From assembly GCA_018224305.1 (NCBI GenBank), contig JAGTUV010000009.1, forward strand, positions 1 through 34,107: 34,107 nt of DNA, written 5' to 3'. The position numbers and the translations under genes are program-made. Shown piece after piece: positions 19,768-28,143 of the stretch. The DNA is from Gemmatimonadota bacterium. Lineage in GTDB: Bacteria > Gemmatimonadota > Gemmatimonadetes > Longimicrobiales > RSA9. Numbering within the stretch: position 1 is the first letter of the stretch; each line of letters starts with the position of its first letter. The notes beneath the pieces were generated by a model. The model was given only the letters and a program-made list of their open reading frames with translations. It made no database searches and was not told where the DNA came from.

Positions 19768-19793
19768 TTATTCAAGACGATGTTCTTGATAAT
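19768..19793. promoter_or_regulatory. Palindromic operator TCAAGA-N6-TCTTGA in AT-rich flanks
   Basis: Perfect 6-bp arms at 19772-19777 and 19784-19789 in the divergent intergenic region. Confidence 0.55.
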
Positions 19794-19795
19794 TA

Positions 19796-19814
19796 TGTGG
19801 GGAGTTTCCCCACA
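19796..19814. promoter_or_regulatory. Palindromic operator TGTGGGGA-GTT-TCCCCACA
   Basis: Perfect 8-bp arms. A related site lies at 28424-28445. Confidence 0.6.
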
Positions 19815-19933
19815 ATGCCGTCCTCCGATCCACTACATCAGAATCCGCTCGCGCCCGACGGATGCCGATTCACCTATTTCCTACCTTTATGTCGTGAATC
19901 GCCGGACGTCGGATCGAGACAACGACAGGACCC

Positions 19934-20374
19934 ATGGAACCATTCGTCAGGAACTTCATCCGATCGAGCCTGCTGTGGCTGGGCGGCGGCGTATTGCTCG
20001 GGGTGTGGATGGCGGTGTCACCGCAGGCGATCCTCTACCGTCCTGCCCACGTTCATGCGAACCTGCTCGGCTTCGTGAGCATGATGATCTTCGGCGTCGC
20101 ATACCACGTGATTCCGCGATTCACAGGCAGCCCGTTGCGCAGCCGCAGGGTTGCGGTGCTGCATCTGTGGGTGGCGAATGTCGGCCTCGTGGGCCTGGTT
20201 GGCGGCTGGCTGCTGCGGCCATCGATGTGGGAAGCGGGCACGGCAGCGGTGATGACGGGTGGGGTCGTGAGCGCCACCGGCTCGTTCCTGTTCATCGGCA
20301 ACCTGTGGCTGACGCTCGGTCCGGTCCGACGGGCAGCGCGCCCTGGCGTCCTGCACTCTGGACCTGCCGCGTGA
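19934..20374 (+). CDS. Small 4-TM single-unit HCOH/NnrS-like membrane protein
   Basis: MEPFVRNFIRSS...PAHVHANLLGFVSMMIFGVAYHVIPRFTG. AGGA RBS. Paralog of 14258-14713. Confidence 0.78.
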   Translation: MEPFVRNFIRSSLLWLGGGVLLGVWMAVSPQAILYRPAHVHANLLGFVSMMIFGVAYHVIPRFTGSPLRSRRVAVLHLWVANVGLVGLVGGWLLRPSMWEAGTAAVMTGGVVSATGSFLFIGNLWLTLGPVRRAARPGVLHSGPAA

Positions 20375-20441
20375 CGCGGGTCGCACTGTCCTGGCGGTCG
20401 CGCACTGGATGGTGGCGGACTGAACCCCCATTGTATACGAC

Positions 20442-20657
20442 ATGACGGAGTCGATGATGAGCAGAGCAACTGTGATGCAGATGACAGTCAATGAAACGAT
20501 CCGCCGGTTCCCGGCGACGGTCGAGATCTTCAACCGATACGGCATCGATGCATGCTGCGGCGGCGCGGCGTCGGTGGCGGAGGCGGCGGTGCGCGATGGC
20601 GCCGATCCGGTAAAGCTACAGGGCGAGCTGTTGAGCGTAATCGGAGCGGCGGCGTGA
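20442..20657 (+). CDS. Stand-alone DUF542/ScdA_N domain (N-terminal domain of RIC/YtfE Fe-S repair proteins)
   Basis: TVNETIRRFPATVEIFNRYGIDACCGG matches the IDxCCGG motif. Confidence 0.88.
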   Translation: MTESMMSRATVMQMTVNETIRRFPATVEIFNRYGIDACCGGAASVAEAAVRDGADPVKLQGELLSVIGAAA

Positions 20658-20965
20658 ACGCGCTCCCGATCGGACCGGGTGCGCGGGACGACCGTCCGGC
20701 GACCGCGCTCCTGTACGACCATCCGAACGCCCGGATCGTCGCCTTTCACCTGCTGCCCGGGCAGCAGGTCGCCGAGCATCGCAGCACTTCGACCGTGACC
20801 GTGCATGTGACCGAGGGCTCCGGCGTATTCCGCGGATCGGAGTCCGAGTCGCGGCTGGAGACGGGACAGATCGCGGTGTTCGAGCCGGACGAGGTGCACT
20901 CCATCGATGCCGGCGCGGAGCCGCTCCGCTTTGTGGCGATCATCACCCCGCGACCGGGCGGCTGA
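20654..20965 (+). CDS. Cupin domain protein
   Basis: GTGA overlap with the ScdA_N gene. PGQQVAEHRS...VTEGSG...PDEVHSI. Confidence 0.85.
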   Translation: MNALPIGPGARDDRPATALLYDHPNARIVAFHLLPGQQVAEHRSTSTVTVHVTEGSGVFRGSESESRLETGQIAVFEPDEVHSIDAGAEPLRFVAIITPRPGG

Positions 20966-20971
20966 ACGTTC

Positions 20972-22078
20972 ATGGCCACACTCTCCCCTGCGGCACCGGT
21001 TGCGGTTCGACCGGACTGGCGGCTCGACATCCCCGAAGAGAAGCGGCGTCCCATCCGCGTCTGGCTGTGGAGCATCGCCGCGCTGACGTTCGGTGTGATG
21101 GTCGTCGGAGGAATCACGCGCCTGACGCTGTCCGGGCTGTCGATCGTTTCCTGGGACCCGCTCTTCGGCGTGATACCGCCGCTCAGCGACGCGCAGTGGC
21201 AGGCGACGTTCGAAGCGTACAGGCAGTTCCCGGACTACGACTGGCGAACCGGCATGACACTCGCCGAGTTCAAGTTCATCTTCTTCTGGGAGTATCTGCA
21301 CCGCCTGCTTGCAAGGCTGATCGGATTCGCGTTCCTGATCCCGTTCGTCTGGTTCCTGGCGCGCGGCTACTTCAACCGTGCGCTTACGGGTCGTGCGCTC
21401 GCACTGTTTGCGCTGGGCGGGATGCAGGGCGTCATGGGCTGGTTCATGGTGATGAGCGGACTCGTCGACCGCCCGAGCGTCAGTCATTACCGCCTCGCCG
21501 CACACCTGAGTCTGGCCTTCCTCATCTTCGGCTACGCGCTCTGGCTCGCGCGCGACCTCCGCCTGACGCGGGCACGCGCTGTGGTGGACCCGGGCGTCCA
21601 TCGAATGATGTTACGCGGTCTGGCGCTGCTCGGCGCTGTGACGAGCGTGCAGATCGTATGGGGTGCGTTCGTCGCGGGGCTGCGTGCCGGCAAGTTCTAT
21701 CCGACGTTCCCGCTGATGGGCGGCAGCCTGGTCCCGGCGGAACTGCTTCGTCTCGATCCGTTTACGCGCAACTTCGTCGAGAACCCCGTCGCAGTGCAGT
21801 GGATGCACCGCGTGCTTGGCACGCTGCTGCTCGTCGTCGCAGTCGTCTTTGTCGCGCGCGTGCTCCGTTCCGCTGCTGATGCGCTGTCGCGCCGGCTCGG
21901 CGTCATCGTGCTGAGCCTCATCTCCGTGCAGTATCTGCTCGGTGTTCTGACGCTCGTGTATCTGGTGCCGATCAGCCTCGGTGTGATTCACCAGGGCGTC
22001 GCGCTGGTGATCTTCGGTGCATGGCTGTGGTGGCTGCACCACGTGCGGAACCTCGATGTGCAGGGAAGGGCAGCATGA
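20972..22078 (+). CDS. ctaA: Heme A synthase (COX15/CtaA type 2)
   Basis: VGGITRLTLSGLSI, FWEYLHRLLAR, WFMVMSGL, RLAAHL, QWMHR and HQGVA. Confidence 0.95.
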   Translation: MATLSPAAPVAVRPDWRLDIPEEKRRPIRVWLWSIAALTFGVMVVGGITRLTLSGLSIVSWDPLFGVIPPLSDAQWQATFEAYRQFPDYDWRTGMTLAEFKFIFFWEYLHRLLARLIGFAFLIPFVWFLARGYFNRALTGRALALFALGGMQGVMGWFMVMSGLVDRPSVSHYRLAAHLSLAFLIFGYALWLARDLRLTRARAVVDPGVHRMMLRGLALLGAVTSVQIVWGAFVAGLRAGKFYPTFPLMGGSLVPAELLRLDPFTRNFVENPVAVQWMHRVLGTLLLVVAVVFVARVLRSAADALSRRLGVIVLSLISVQYLLGVLTLVYLVPISLGVIHQGVALVIFGAWLWWLHHVRNLDVQGRAA

Positions 22079-23436
22079 AAGCGGAACGCACGCCGGATCT
22101 CGCCACCTCCACTCCGTCTGAGGGCAGGCCGGATCTCACCGGCGCAGGTGCGCCATCCGGCAGGCCGGATCTCGCCGGGATCGATTTCGCGCAGTCACCG
22201 TTCCTCGTCATCTGGGAGGTCACGCGCGCATGCGACCTCGCCTGCCTGCACTGCCGCGCGGAAGCGGTGACGAATCGCAATCCGCTGGAGCTGTCGACGG
22301 AGCAGGGGAAGCGCCTCATGGACGACGTGCGCCGGTTCGGCCGGCCTCTGTTCGTCCTCACGGGCGGCGATCCGCTGAAGCGTCCCGACGTTGTCGAACT
22401 CGTCGAGTACGGCGCTTCGATCGGGCTGCGCATGGCGATGACTCCATCCGGCACGCCGCTGATGACCGAACCCGTGCTCCGGGACCTGAAGGCGGCAGGA
22501 CTCTCGCGCCTGGCGGTGAGTCTGGATGGGTCGAGCGCAGACATCCATGACGCGTTCCGGGGGGTCGAGGGGTCGTGGGCCTGGACCATCCGGATGCTGG
22601 AGGTCGCGCGCGAGATCGGGCTCACGACACAGGTCAACACGACGGTCAGCATGCACAACCTCGACGATTTCGACGCGCTGTGCGACCTGATGGTCCAGCT
22701 CGGCATCACGCTCTGGAGCGTGTTCTTCCTCGTGCCGACCGGTCGTGCGAAGTCCGGCGACGTCGCGAGTGCCGACGAATTCGAGAGCGTGTTCCATCGC
22801 ATGTATGACCTGTCACAGACAGCGCCGTTCGACATCAAGAGCACGGCCGGACCGCAGTATCGGCGTGTGATCCTCCAGCGCCAGGTCGCTGAACGCCGCG
22901 CGGGCGATCGCACGGCCGCTGTAACTCCGCTGACGGCAGGTGTCGGCTTTTCGCTCGCTGACGGCGTCGGCCGGGCCAAGGGCGTGAACGACGGCGATGG
23001 CTTCGTCTTCGTGAGCCACGTGGGCGCAATATACCCTTCCGGGTTTCTCCCGCTCGCGGCCGGCAACGTGCGCAAGGACGACATCGTGGATGTGTACCGC
23101 AATGCGCCGCTGTTCGTGGAGTTGCGCGACCGCACACGGCTGAAGGGGAAATGCGGCGTCTGCGAGTACCGCGATGTGTGTGGTGGAAGCCGGGCTCGCG
23201 CGTATGCCGTGTCCGGTGACTACATGGAGTCCGAGCCATTCTGTGCGCACGTGCCAGCACGCTGGCAGCGCATGGTCGATGCGGGCGAGGCCGAGCCGGT
23301 GGCGGAGTACTTCGAACGCCGCGGGCTGACTGATCGGTCGCTGCCGGTCATTGATGACGGTGTTCCGGCGCAGGGACGGGCGGCGCGCGGTCAACCGCCG
23401 GCTGGTGGTCAGATGCCGTCCGCGACGGCGACTTGA
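22075..23436 (+). CDS. Radical SAM/SPASM protein, TIGR04053-like (AhbD/NirJ-related)
   Basis: WEVTRACDLACLHCRA, LTGGDP and FFLVPTGR. SPASM region KGKCGVCEYRDVCGGSRARA...PFC. ATGA overlap with ctaA. Confidence 0.88.
   Translation: MKAERTPDLATSTPSEGRPDLTGAGAPSGRPDLAGIDFAQSPFLVIWEVTRACDLACLHCRAEAVTNRNPLELSTEQGKRLMDDVRRFGRPLFVLTGGDPLKRPDVVELVEYGASIGLRMAMTPSGTPLMTEPVLRDLKAAGLSRLAVSLDGSSADIHDAFRGVEGSWAWTIRMLEVAREIGLTTQVNTTVSMHNLDDFDALCDLMVQLGITLWSVFFLVPTGRAKSGDVASADEFESVFHRMYDLSQTAPFDIKSTAGPQYRRVILQRQVAERRAGDRTAAVTPLTAGVGFSLADGVGRAKGVNDGDGFVFVSHVGAIYPSGFLPLAAGNVRKDDIVDVYRNAPLFVELRDRTRLKGKCGVCEYRDVCGGSRARAYAVSGDYMESEPFCAHVPARWQRMVDAGEAEPVAEYFERRGLTDRSLPVIDDGVPAQGRAARGQPPAGGQMPSATAT
22092..22178 (+). 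repeat. 36-bp-period imperfect repeat (xPDL x3) in the radical SAM N-terminus
   Basis: GCCGGATCTC cores at 22092, 22128 and 22164. Confidence 0.8.
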
Positions 23437-23451
23437 CGGCGGCCTTTCACG

Positions 23452-23946
23452 ATGTCCTTCTACTTCATCAACGTGACGGTGCACGTGTTCGCCGCGCTGT
23501 TCTGGCTCGGCGGTATGTTCTTCCTCGCCGTAGTCGGTGCCCCGGTCCTGCGGGCCGTCGAGCCGCCGGAACTGCGCGCGATGCTGTTCCGCCGGCTCGG
23601 CGAACAGTTCCGTACGGCTGGCTGGATCGCCATCGTCATTCTCCTGGTCACGGGAACGCTCAATCTGTATTTCCGCGGCATGCTGACGCTCGATGTTCTG
23701 GCGAGCGGGGATTACTGGAGTTCACGATACGGCCGGTCGCTCGCGTGGAAGGTCGGTGCCGTGACTGCGATGCTGATCGTTCAGGCAGTGCATGACTTCG
23801 GAGTCGGCCCTGCCGCAGCCCGCCTGACGCCCGGCACACCGGAGGCGCTGGCGATACGCCGGCGTGCGGCGCTGCTGGCCAGATTCAGTGCCGTGCTCGG
23901 CATCATCGTGGTCATTGCAGCCGTCAGGCTCGCACGCGGCGGGTGA
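23452..23946 (+). CDS. CopD/DUF4149-like 4-TM membrane protein
   Basis: VHVFAALFWLGGMFF, LLVTG, LAWKV and AVHDF. Confidence 0.72.
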   Translation: MSFYFINVTVHVFAALFWLGGMFFLAVVGAPVLRAVEPPELRAMLFRRLGEQFRTAGWIAIVILLVTGTLNLYFRGMLTLDVLASGDYWSSRYGRSLAWKVGAVTAMLIVQAVHDFGVGPAAARLTPGTPEALAIRRRAALLARFSAVLGIIVVIAAVRLARGG

Positions 23947-24000
23947 CGCGCACGTCGAGGAGCGAGGGGCGATCCTGTGCCGGCGACCGGACCGCGTGGA

Positions 24001-24870
24001 TCAGAAGGGAAGCAGCAGGTCCGCCACCAGTGCACCCAGCACCAGCGGCAGCACGAGCAGTGAGCTGAAGAAGAGCCGTCGTGCGGGGAGGCGTTCCGGC
24101 TCGCGCACGAACCGCCAAGCAAAGAGTACGTATCCTGCTGCCGTCGTGCCGGCGATGGCCGCGTACAGTGCACCGATCGGTGCCGAGAGGCCGAGCATCA
24201 CAACGCACACGAGCATCGCGAACGCGTACATGAACGAGACCCGGGCGCTCGACCGTCCCGTGGGTTCCACGATGTTCAGCAGCACACAGCCCGCTCGCTC
24301 ATAGTCCTCCCTGCCCAGACAGCCGATGGCCAGAAAGTGTGGTATCTGCCACATGAACAGCACCCCGGTCAGTGCCAGTGCCGCTCCGTTGATCGGCACG
24401 CCCGCAGCCGTCCATCCCGCCAGCACGGGTAGTGCACCGGGGATCGCGCCCGCGAGGGTGCAGAAAGCGGTGCGGCGCTTGAGCGGTGTGTACAGATAGA
24501 CGTAACTGACGTGGCTCAGCACGAGAAATACCGTCGCGGGCCAGGGCAGCAGGCTGACCGAGATGACGAACCCCACGGCGCTGAGGCTCCAGCCGAAGAG
24601 GCCGGCGTTGCGCGGACTGATCATGCCGGACGGGATGGGCCGTCCGGCGGTGCGGCGCATCCGTGCATCGCCCGTACGCTCGGCCAGGTGATTCAACGCT
24701 GCTGCCCCCCCGGACATGAGCATGGTCGCGAGCAATGCAATGGCGAGTCGCACGGGCTGGCCCCACCCGCCCGTCGCCGTGATGAAGCCCGCGGCAGCGC
24801 TCGTGCCGATGAACAGCGTGATGCCGGGCTTCGTCAGCTCGTAGTACCCGCTCAGTACGCGCGCCGACAT
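24001..24870 (-). CDS. ctaB: Protoheme IX farnesyltransferase (heme O synthase)
   Basis: ELTKPGI, DARMRRTAGRPIPSG, YTPLKRRT, GAIPGALP and WQIPHF. Confidence 0.95.
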   Translation of the reverse strand: MSARVLSGYYELTKPGITLFIGTSAAAGFITATGGWGQPVRLAIALLATMLMSGGAAALNHLAERTGDARMRRTAGRPIPSGMISPRNAGLFGWSLSAVGFVISVSLLPWPATVFLVLSHVSYVYLYTPLKRRTAFCTLAGAIPGALPVLAGWTAAGVPINGAALALTGVLFMWQIPHFLAIGCLGREDYERAGCVLLNIVEPTGRSSARVSFMYAFAMLVCVVMLGLSAPIGALYAAIAGTTAAGYVLFAWRFVREPERLPARRLFFSSLLVLPLVLGALVADLLLPF

Positions 24871-25772
24871 CAGAGACGACCCACGAGGTTAACGATCGCC
24901 GCCGAGCCCCCCGTAGTCGCGTACGCGATCCGGCCATCCCGATCGATGATGTAGACCAGTGACGGATGTGTGATCTCGCCCGTGGTCATATCTCTCACAC
25001 GCGGGACCTCCCATGCGTCGAGCGCGCCCTCCACATCATCGACCGATCCACCGAGCACCCATGCATCGGCCGCCGGAAGTCCCCACGACTTCGCCATCGC
25101 CGGGAGCCGCGAGGGCGTATCGCGCCACGGATCCAGCGTGACGACCAGCACCGTGACGTCCATGCCGCCGGCCGCCAGATCGTACTGCGCCGTGAGCACG
25201 TGCTTCACGACGAGCGGGCATATCGTCTCGCAGTGTGCGTACGCGAACGTCACGAGCACCGGTGCTCCGCGGAACTGCGCCAGCTCCCGCGTAACACCAT
25301 CGTGCGCCTGTAGTGCGAGAGCCGGCGCACGACGGTCGAGTCTCGGGTAGGTGGATGGAGGAAGCTCGCCGTCCGCATCCGGTATGAATGCCAGTGCGCG
25401 CGCCTGCTGCACTCTCGCGCCCGCACCAATGACCAGCACCATGCAGCCGATCGCCAGTGCGCCCAGTGTTGCCGACAGAGCCCGCGACGTACGGGCACGT
25501 TCCGCGAGCCGGCGCACGCCGCCCCACCACGCGATCAGCAGAATGATGAGCATGCCGAGCGGGCCGAAGATCAGGCCGATCCAGCCGCCCGCATCCGGCA
25601 GTCCGCTCTCGGTCACGCCGAAGCACACGTAGCGTGTGCGCTCGAGCCACACGGGCCCATCCTGCACCGGCCAGAAGGCCAGTGCCCACCACGCACTCGT
25701 AATGACGAACAGTGCGATCAGTCCGGTCATCACGATTCGCGCTTCCCGGTCCGGTGCAGGCGGGTGCGTCAT
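24870..25772 (-). CDS. SCO family CuA chaperone with 3-TM N-terminal extension
   Basis: FAYAHCETICP (CxxxC), TLDPWRDTP and ITHPSLVYIID. N-terminal TM block with RYVCFG. TGATG coupling on both sides. Confidence 0.88.
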   Translation of the reverse strand: MTHPPAPDREARIVMTGLIALFVITSAWWALAFWPVQDGPVWLERTRYVCFGVTESGLPDAGGWIGLIFGPLGMLIILLIAWWGGVRRLAERARTSRALSATLGALAIGCMVLVIGAGARVQQARALAFIPDADGELPPSTYPRLDRRAPALALQAHDGVTRELAQFRGAPVLVTFAYAHCETICPLVVKHVLTAQYDLAAGGMDVTVLVVTLDPWRDTPSRLPAMAKSWGLPAADAWVLGGSVDDVEGALDAWEVPRVRDMTTGEITHPSLVYIIDRDGRIAYATTGGSAAIVNLVGRL

Positions 25773-27526
25773 CAGCCGATCTTCCACACGAAGGACAGCA
25801 GCTTCCAGTTCGCGAAGTAGTAGATCGCGAACGCGGCGAGGAACACGGCGACGAGAATCATGGTGCCGGGTGCCTGACCCAGGCGTCCCGTCGGCAGGTT
25901 CGCCTCATCTGCCACGGTCACGGGACGCGGCGGGCGAGTGATACCCTGTGGCAGACCCTTCGCGCCGGGTACGCGGTCCGCTTCCGTGAACGGCTTGCCG
26001 AAGAACACCGACCACACGGTAATCAGGATGTAGAGGCCGCCGCCCAAAGCCGCAACGAGGCCGCCGAGCGCCATGATCCCCATCAGCGCGTCGACCGCGG
26101 GATGGAATGCCTGCTCGAACGGTGCGCCCGTGAAGCCGATATCCCAGTGCCGGCGCGGTACGCCGAAGCCGCCCGAGAACGACATGAAGATCGAGAAGAC
26201 CAGCATGCCGCCCGCGAACATGTACGGCTGTATTTGCGCGAGCCGCCAGAACGCCACTTTCTTGCGGAAAATCAGCGGGATCAGGTAGTACGTCAGGCCC
26301 ATGAACGCCATCGTGGTGCCGCTCACTACCGTTGCGTGGAAGTGGCCGGGCACGCGGAGCGTGTTGTGTACGACAATGTTGATCTGCTCCGTACCGATCG
26401 TGACTCCCGTGATTCCACCGACGAAGCCGAACACGACGATCGACAGTGCGAGCGAACTGAAGCCCGGGTCACCCCATGGCGCTCGCTTCACCCAGCCGAA
26501 CAGGCCCTGCGATGCACCGCGAAGCCGCTGGCCGATCTCCACGCCCGCCGGCACCGTAAACCCGTGCAGCATGCTCGCCAGTACCGCCATGTACATGAAG
26601 TAGCTGGTGTTCACCACCTTCCACGACGAGCTGAAGCCGGGGTCCACCAGCAGATGGTGTGCGGAGGCCATCGAGATGAACAGGATGTAGAGCACGAACG
26701 CCGTGCGGCTGATCTTCTCGCTCAGTACCACGGATCCGACCGTGAGCGCGCCCAGCAGGTACCAGATCGCAACCATCGCCGCGACGTTGATCTGCTGCGA
26801 CGAGTGGCCGAGCGCCCACCAGAGCATACGATACACCTGCGGATCGACGCTCATCCAGCCGATCGACCAGAAGAACGTCGGGATGTACGTGGCCGCCCCG
26901 TGCAGCAGCGTGATCACGGCGATGATGGCCGCCGCAACAGCGCCGTACGTGACCAGCGGCAGCGATCCCTCGTACGTCTTCTCGCGCTTCGCGATCACGA
27001 GCGTCGCGAAGAACTGGAAGCACACCAGCAGTGCGCCCACCGCGAAAAAGATGATGCCCAGGTAGTACAGCGGGTCCGCGCGCAGCGGGATGTAGGATGT
27101 CATCAGAACGTCGGCCTTGCCGGTCCAGATCATCCACTCGCACAGCGTTGCTCCCAGCGTCATCAGCCCGAAGTTGAACCACCCCAGCTTCGGCGCGGCG
27201 ATCCTGCTGTTGAGCATCGGGCCCGCCGCGAAATACAGGACGGCCATCTCGAAGAAGATGATGAAGAAGATCAGCATCGTGAGTCCGTGCGCCGTCAGCA
27301 CCCGATAGAACATTACGGGATCCAGCAGGTGCACCGCCTGCCAGCGCGTGAGCAGTATCAGGATGGCGCTGACGCCGCCGATGAGCAGGGCCACGGTCGC
27401 GGCCACGGCATTCGCCTTGATGAGTCGTTCCGCCGGACGATGCAGCTTCAGCCCGGTTACCTCGCAGGTGCGGAACACCTCGCCGGGGCCGCTTCCACCC
27501 TGCGGCGTCTCGAGTACCGTTGCCAT
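25772..27526 (-). CDS. Heme-copper oxidoreductase subunit I, B-family-derived, probable eNOR-type nitric oxide reductase
   Basis: All six His ligands are present (LTAHG, LGHSSQQ, SAHHLL, PGHFHA), plus PRR. Gln stands in place of the cross-linked Tyr (H+4). Candidate Glu ligand in VPAGVEIG. Confidence 0.85.
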   Translation of the reverse strand: MATVLETPQGGSGPGEVFRTCEVTGLKLHRPAERLIKANAVAATVALLIGGVSAILILLTRWQAVHLLDPVMFYRVLTAHGLTMLIFFIIFFEMAVLYFAAGPMLNSRIAAPKLGWFNFGLMTLGATLCEWMIWTGKADVLMTSYIPLRADPLYYLGIIFFAVGALLVCFQFFATLVIAKREKTYEGSLPLVTYGAVAAAIIAVITLLHGAATYIPTFFWSIGWMSVDPQVYRMLWWALGHSSQQINVAAMVAIWYLLGALTVGSVVLSEKISRTAFVLYILFISMASAHHLLVDPGFSSSWKVVNTSYFMYMAVLASMLHGFTVPAGVEIGQRLRGASQGLFGWVKRAPWGDPGFSSLALSIVVFGFVGGITGVTIGTEQINIVVHNTLRVPGHFHATVVSGTTMAFMGLTYYLIPLIFRKKVAFWRLAQIQPYMFAGGMLVFSIFMSFSGGFGVPRRHWDIGFTGAPFEQAFHPAVDALMGIMALGGLVAALGGGLYILITVWSVFFGKPFTEADRVPGAKGLPQGITRPPRPVTVADEANLPTGRLGQAPGTMILVAVFLAAFAIYYFANWKLLSFVWKIG

Positions 27527-28143
27527 CAGTTGACCTCCAGCGCCTGCGCGGCTTCGCCGGGCATTGTTCCGTCCTCATTCGTCACGAGTACCTTGCCCAG
27601 CATCAGGTGATGGCCTACACCGCAGAATTCGTTACAGATCACCCCGAAGTCGCCCGCTTCGGTCGGCACGATCTTCAGTCCATAATCGTATCCGGGGACG
27701 ATCTGGAAATTGATGTTGACGGGATACAGCGAGAAGCCGTGGTTCACGTCCGTGGACGACAGATGCAGCGTGTACTCGGAGCCCTTCCGCAGCTTGAGTA
27801 TCGGGTACCAGCTCCACATGCGTCCGAGCATGTACACGTCGCTGCCCGGAGGCGGTTCGACAACCGGGAACCCGTTCATGGTGCCCACCTGGTAGTCCGC
27901 TACGAACTGATTGACGCGCGCCTCGAACGCGGCTGGCTCCACCCTGCTTCGGATGCCCGACGCGTTCTGTCCGCCCTTCCAGTGCCAGAGCGGCATCATC
28001 GCGAACAGCACCATGCACCACGCGAACGCGATCCCGAACCACACCTTCTCGGAACGGTGTGCGGGCACCCACCAGCGCCCCTTCGGCGAGACCATGCCGG
28101 TGTTCATTGGGCGCCGGTCTCCGTCCTGCGCCGGGGCGGTCAT
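27526..28143 (-). CDS. Heme-copper oxidoreductase subunit II (CuA)
   Basis: DVNHGF and CNEFCGVGHHLM CuA motif. One TM helix, as in ba3-type subunit II. ATG 28143 overlaps the upstream stop (ATGA). Confidence 0.93.
   Translation of the reverse strand: MTAPAQDGDRRPMNTGMVSPKGRWWVPAHRSEKVWFGIAFAWCMVLFAMMPLWHWKGGQNASGIRSRVEPAAFEARVNQFVADYQVGTMNGFPVVEPPPGSDVYMLGRMWSWYPILKLRKGSEYTLHLSSTDVNHGFSLYPVNINFQIVPGYDYGLKIVPTEAGDFGVICNEFCGVGHHLMLGKVLVTNEDGTMPGEAAQALEVN

Noticed and set aside
19786-19799. FNR/DNR box (TTGAT-AATT-ATGTG)
   Set aside because: Only one good half-site, and the bases are better explained by the two flanking palindromes.
1847-22178. CRISPR array or phase-variation role for the short repeats at 1847, 17107 and 22092
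   Set aside because: All are in-frame (15, 27 and 36 bp periods), encode low-complexity linkers, and have no unique spacers or nearby cas genes.
25772-27526. Annotation as ba3/cbb3/aa3 O2-reducing cytochrome c oxidase
   Set aside because: There is no HPxVY tyrosine; the site reads HSSQQ.
25712-27610. Long antisense or alternate-frame ORFs (25712-27610 +, 20018-21601 -, 5851-7335 -, 30582-31940 -, 28707-29957 -, 4281-5477 -)
   Set aside because: Shadow ORFs typical of high-GC DNA. They overlap well-supported genes and show no motifs.
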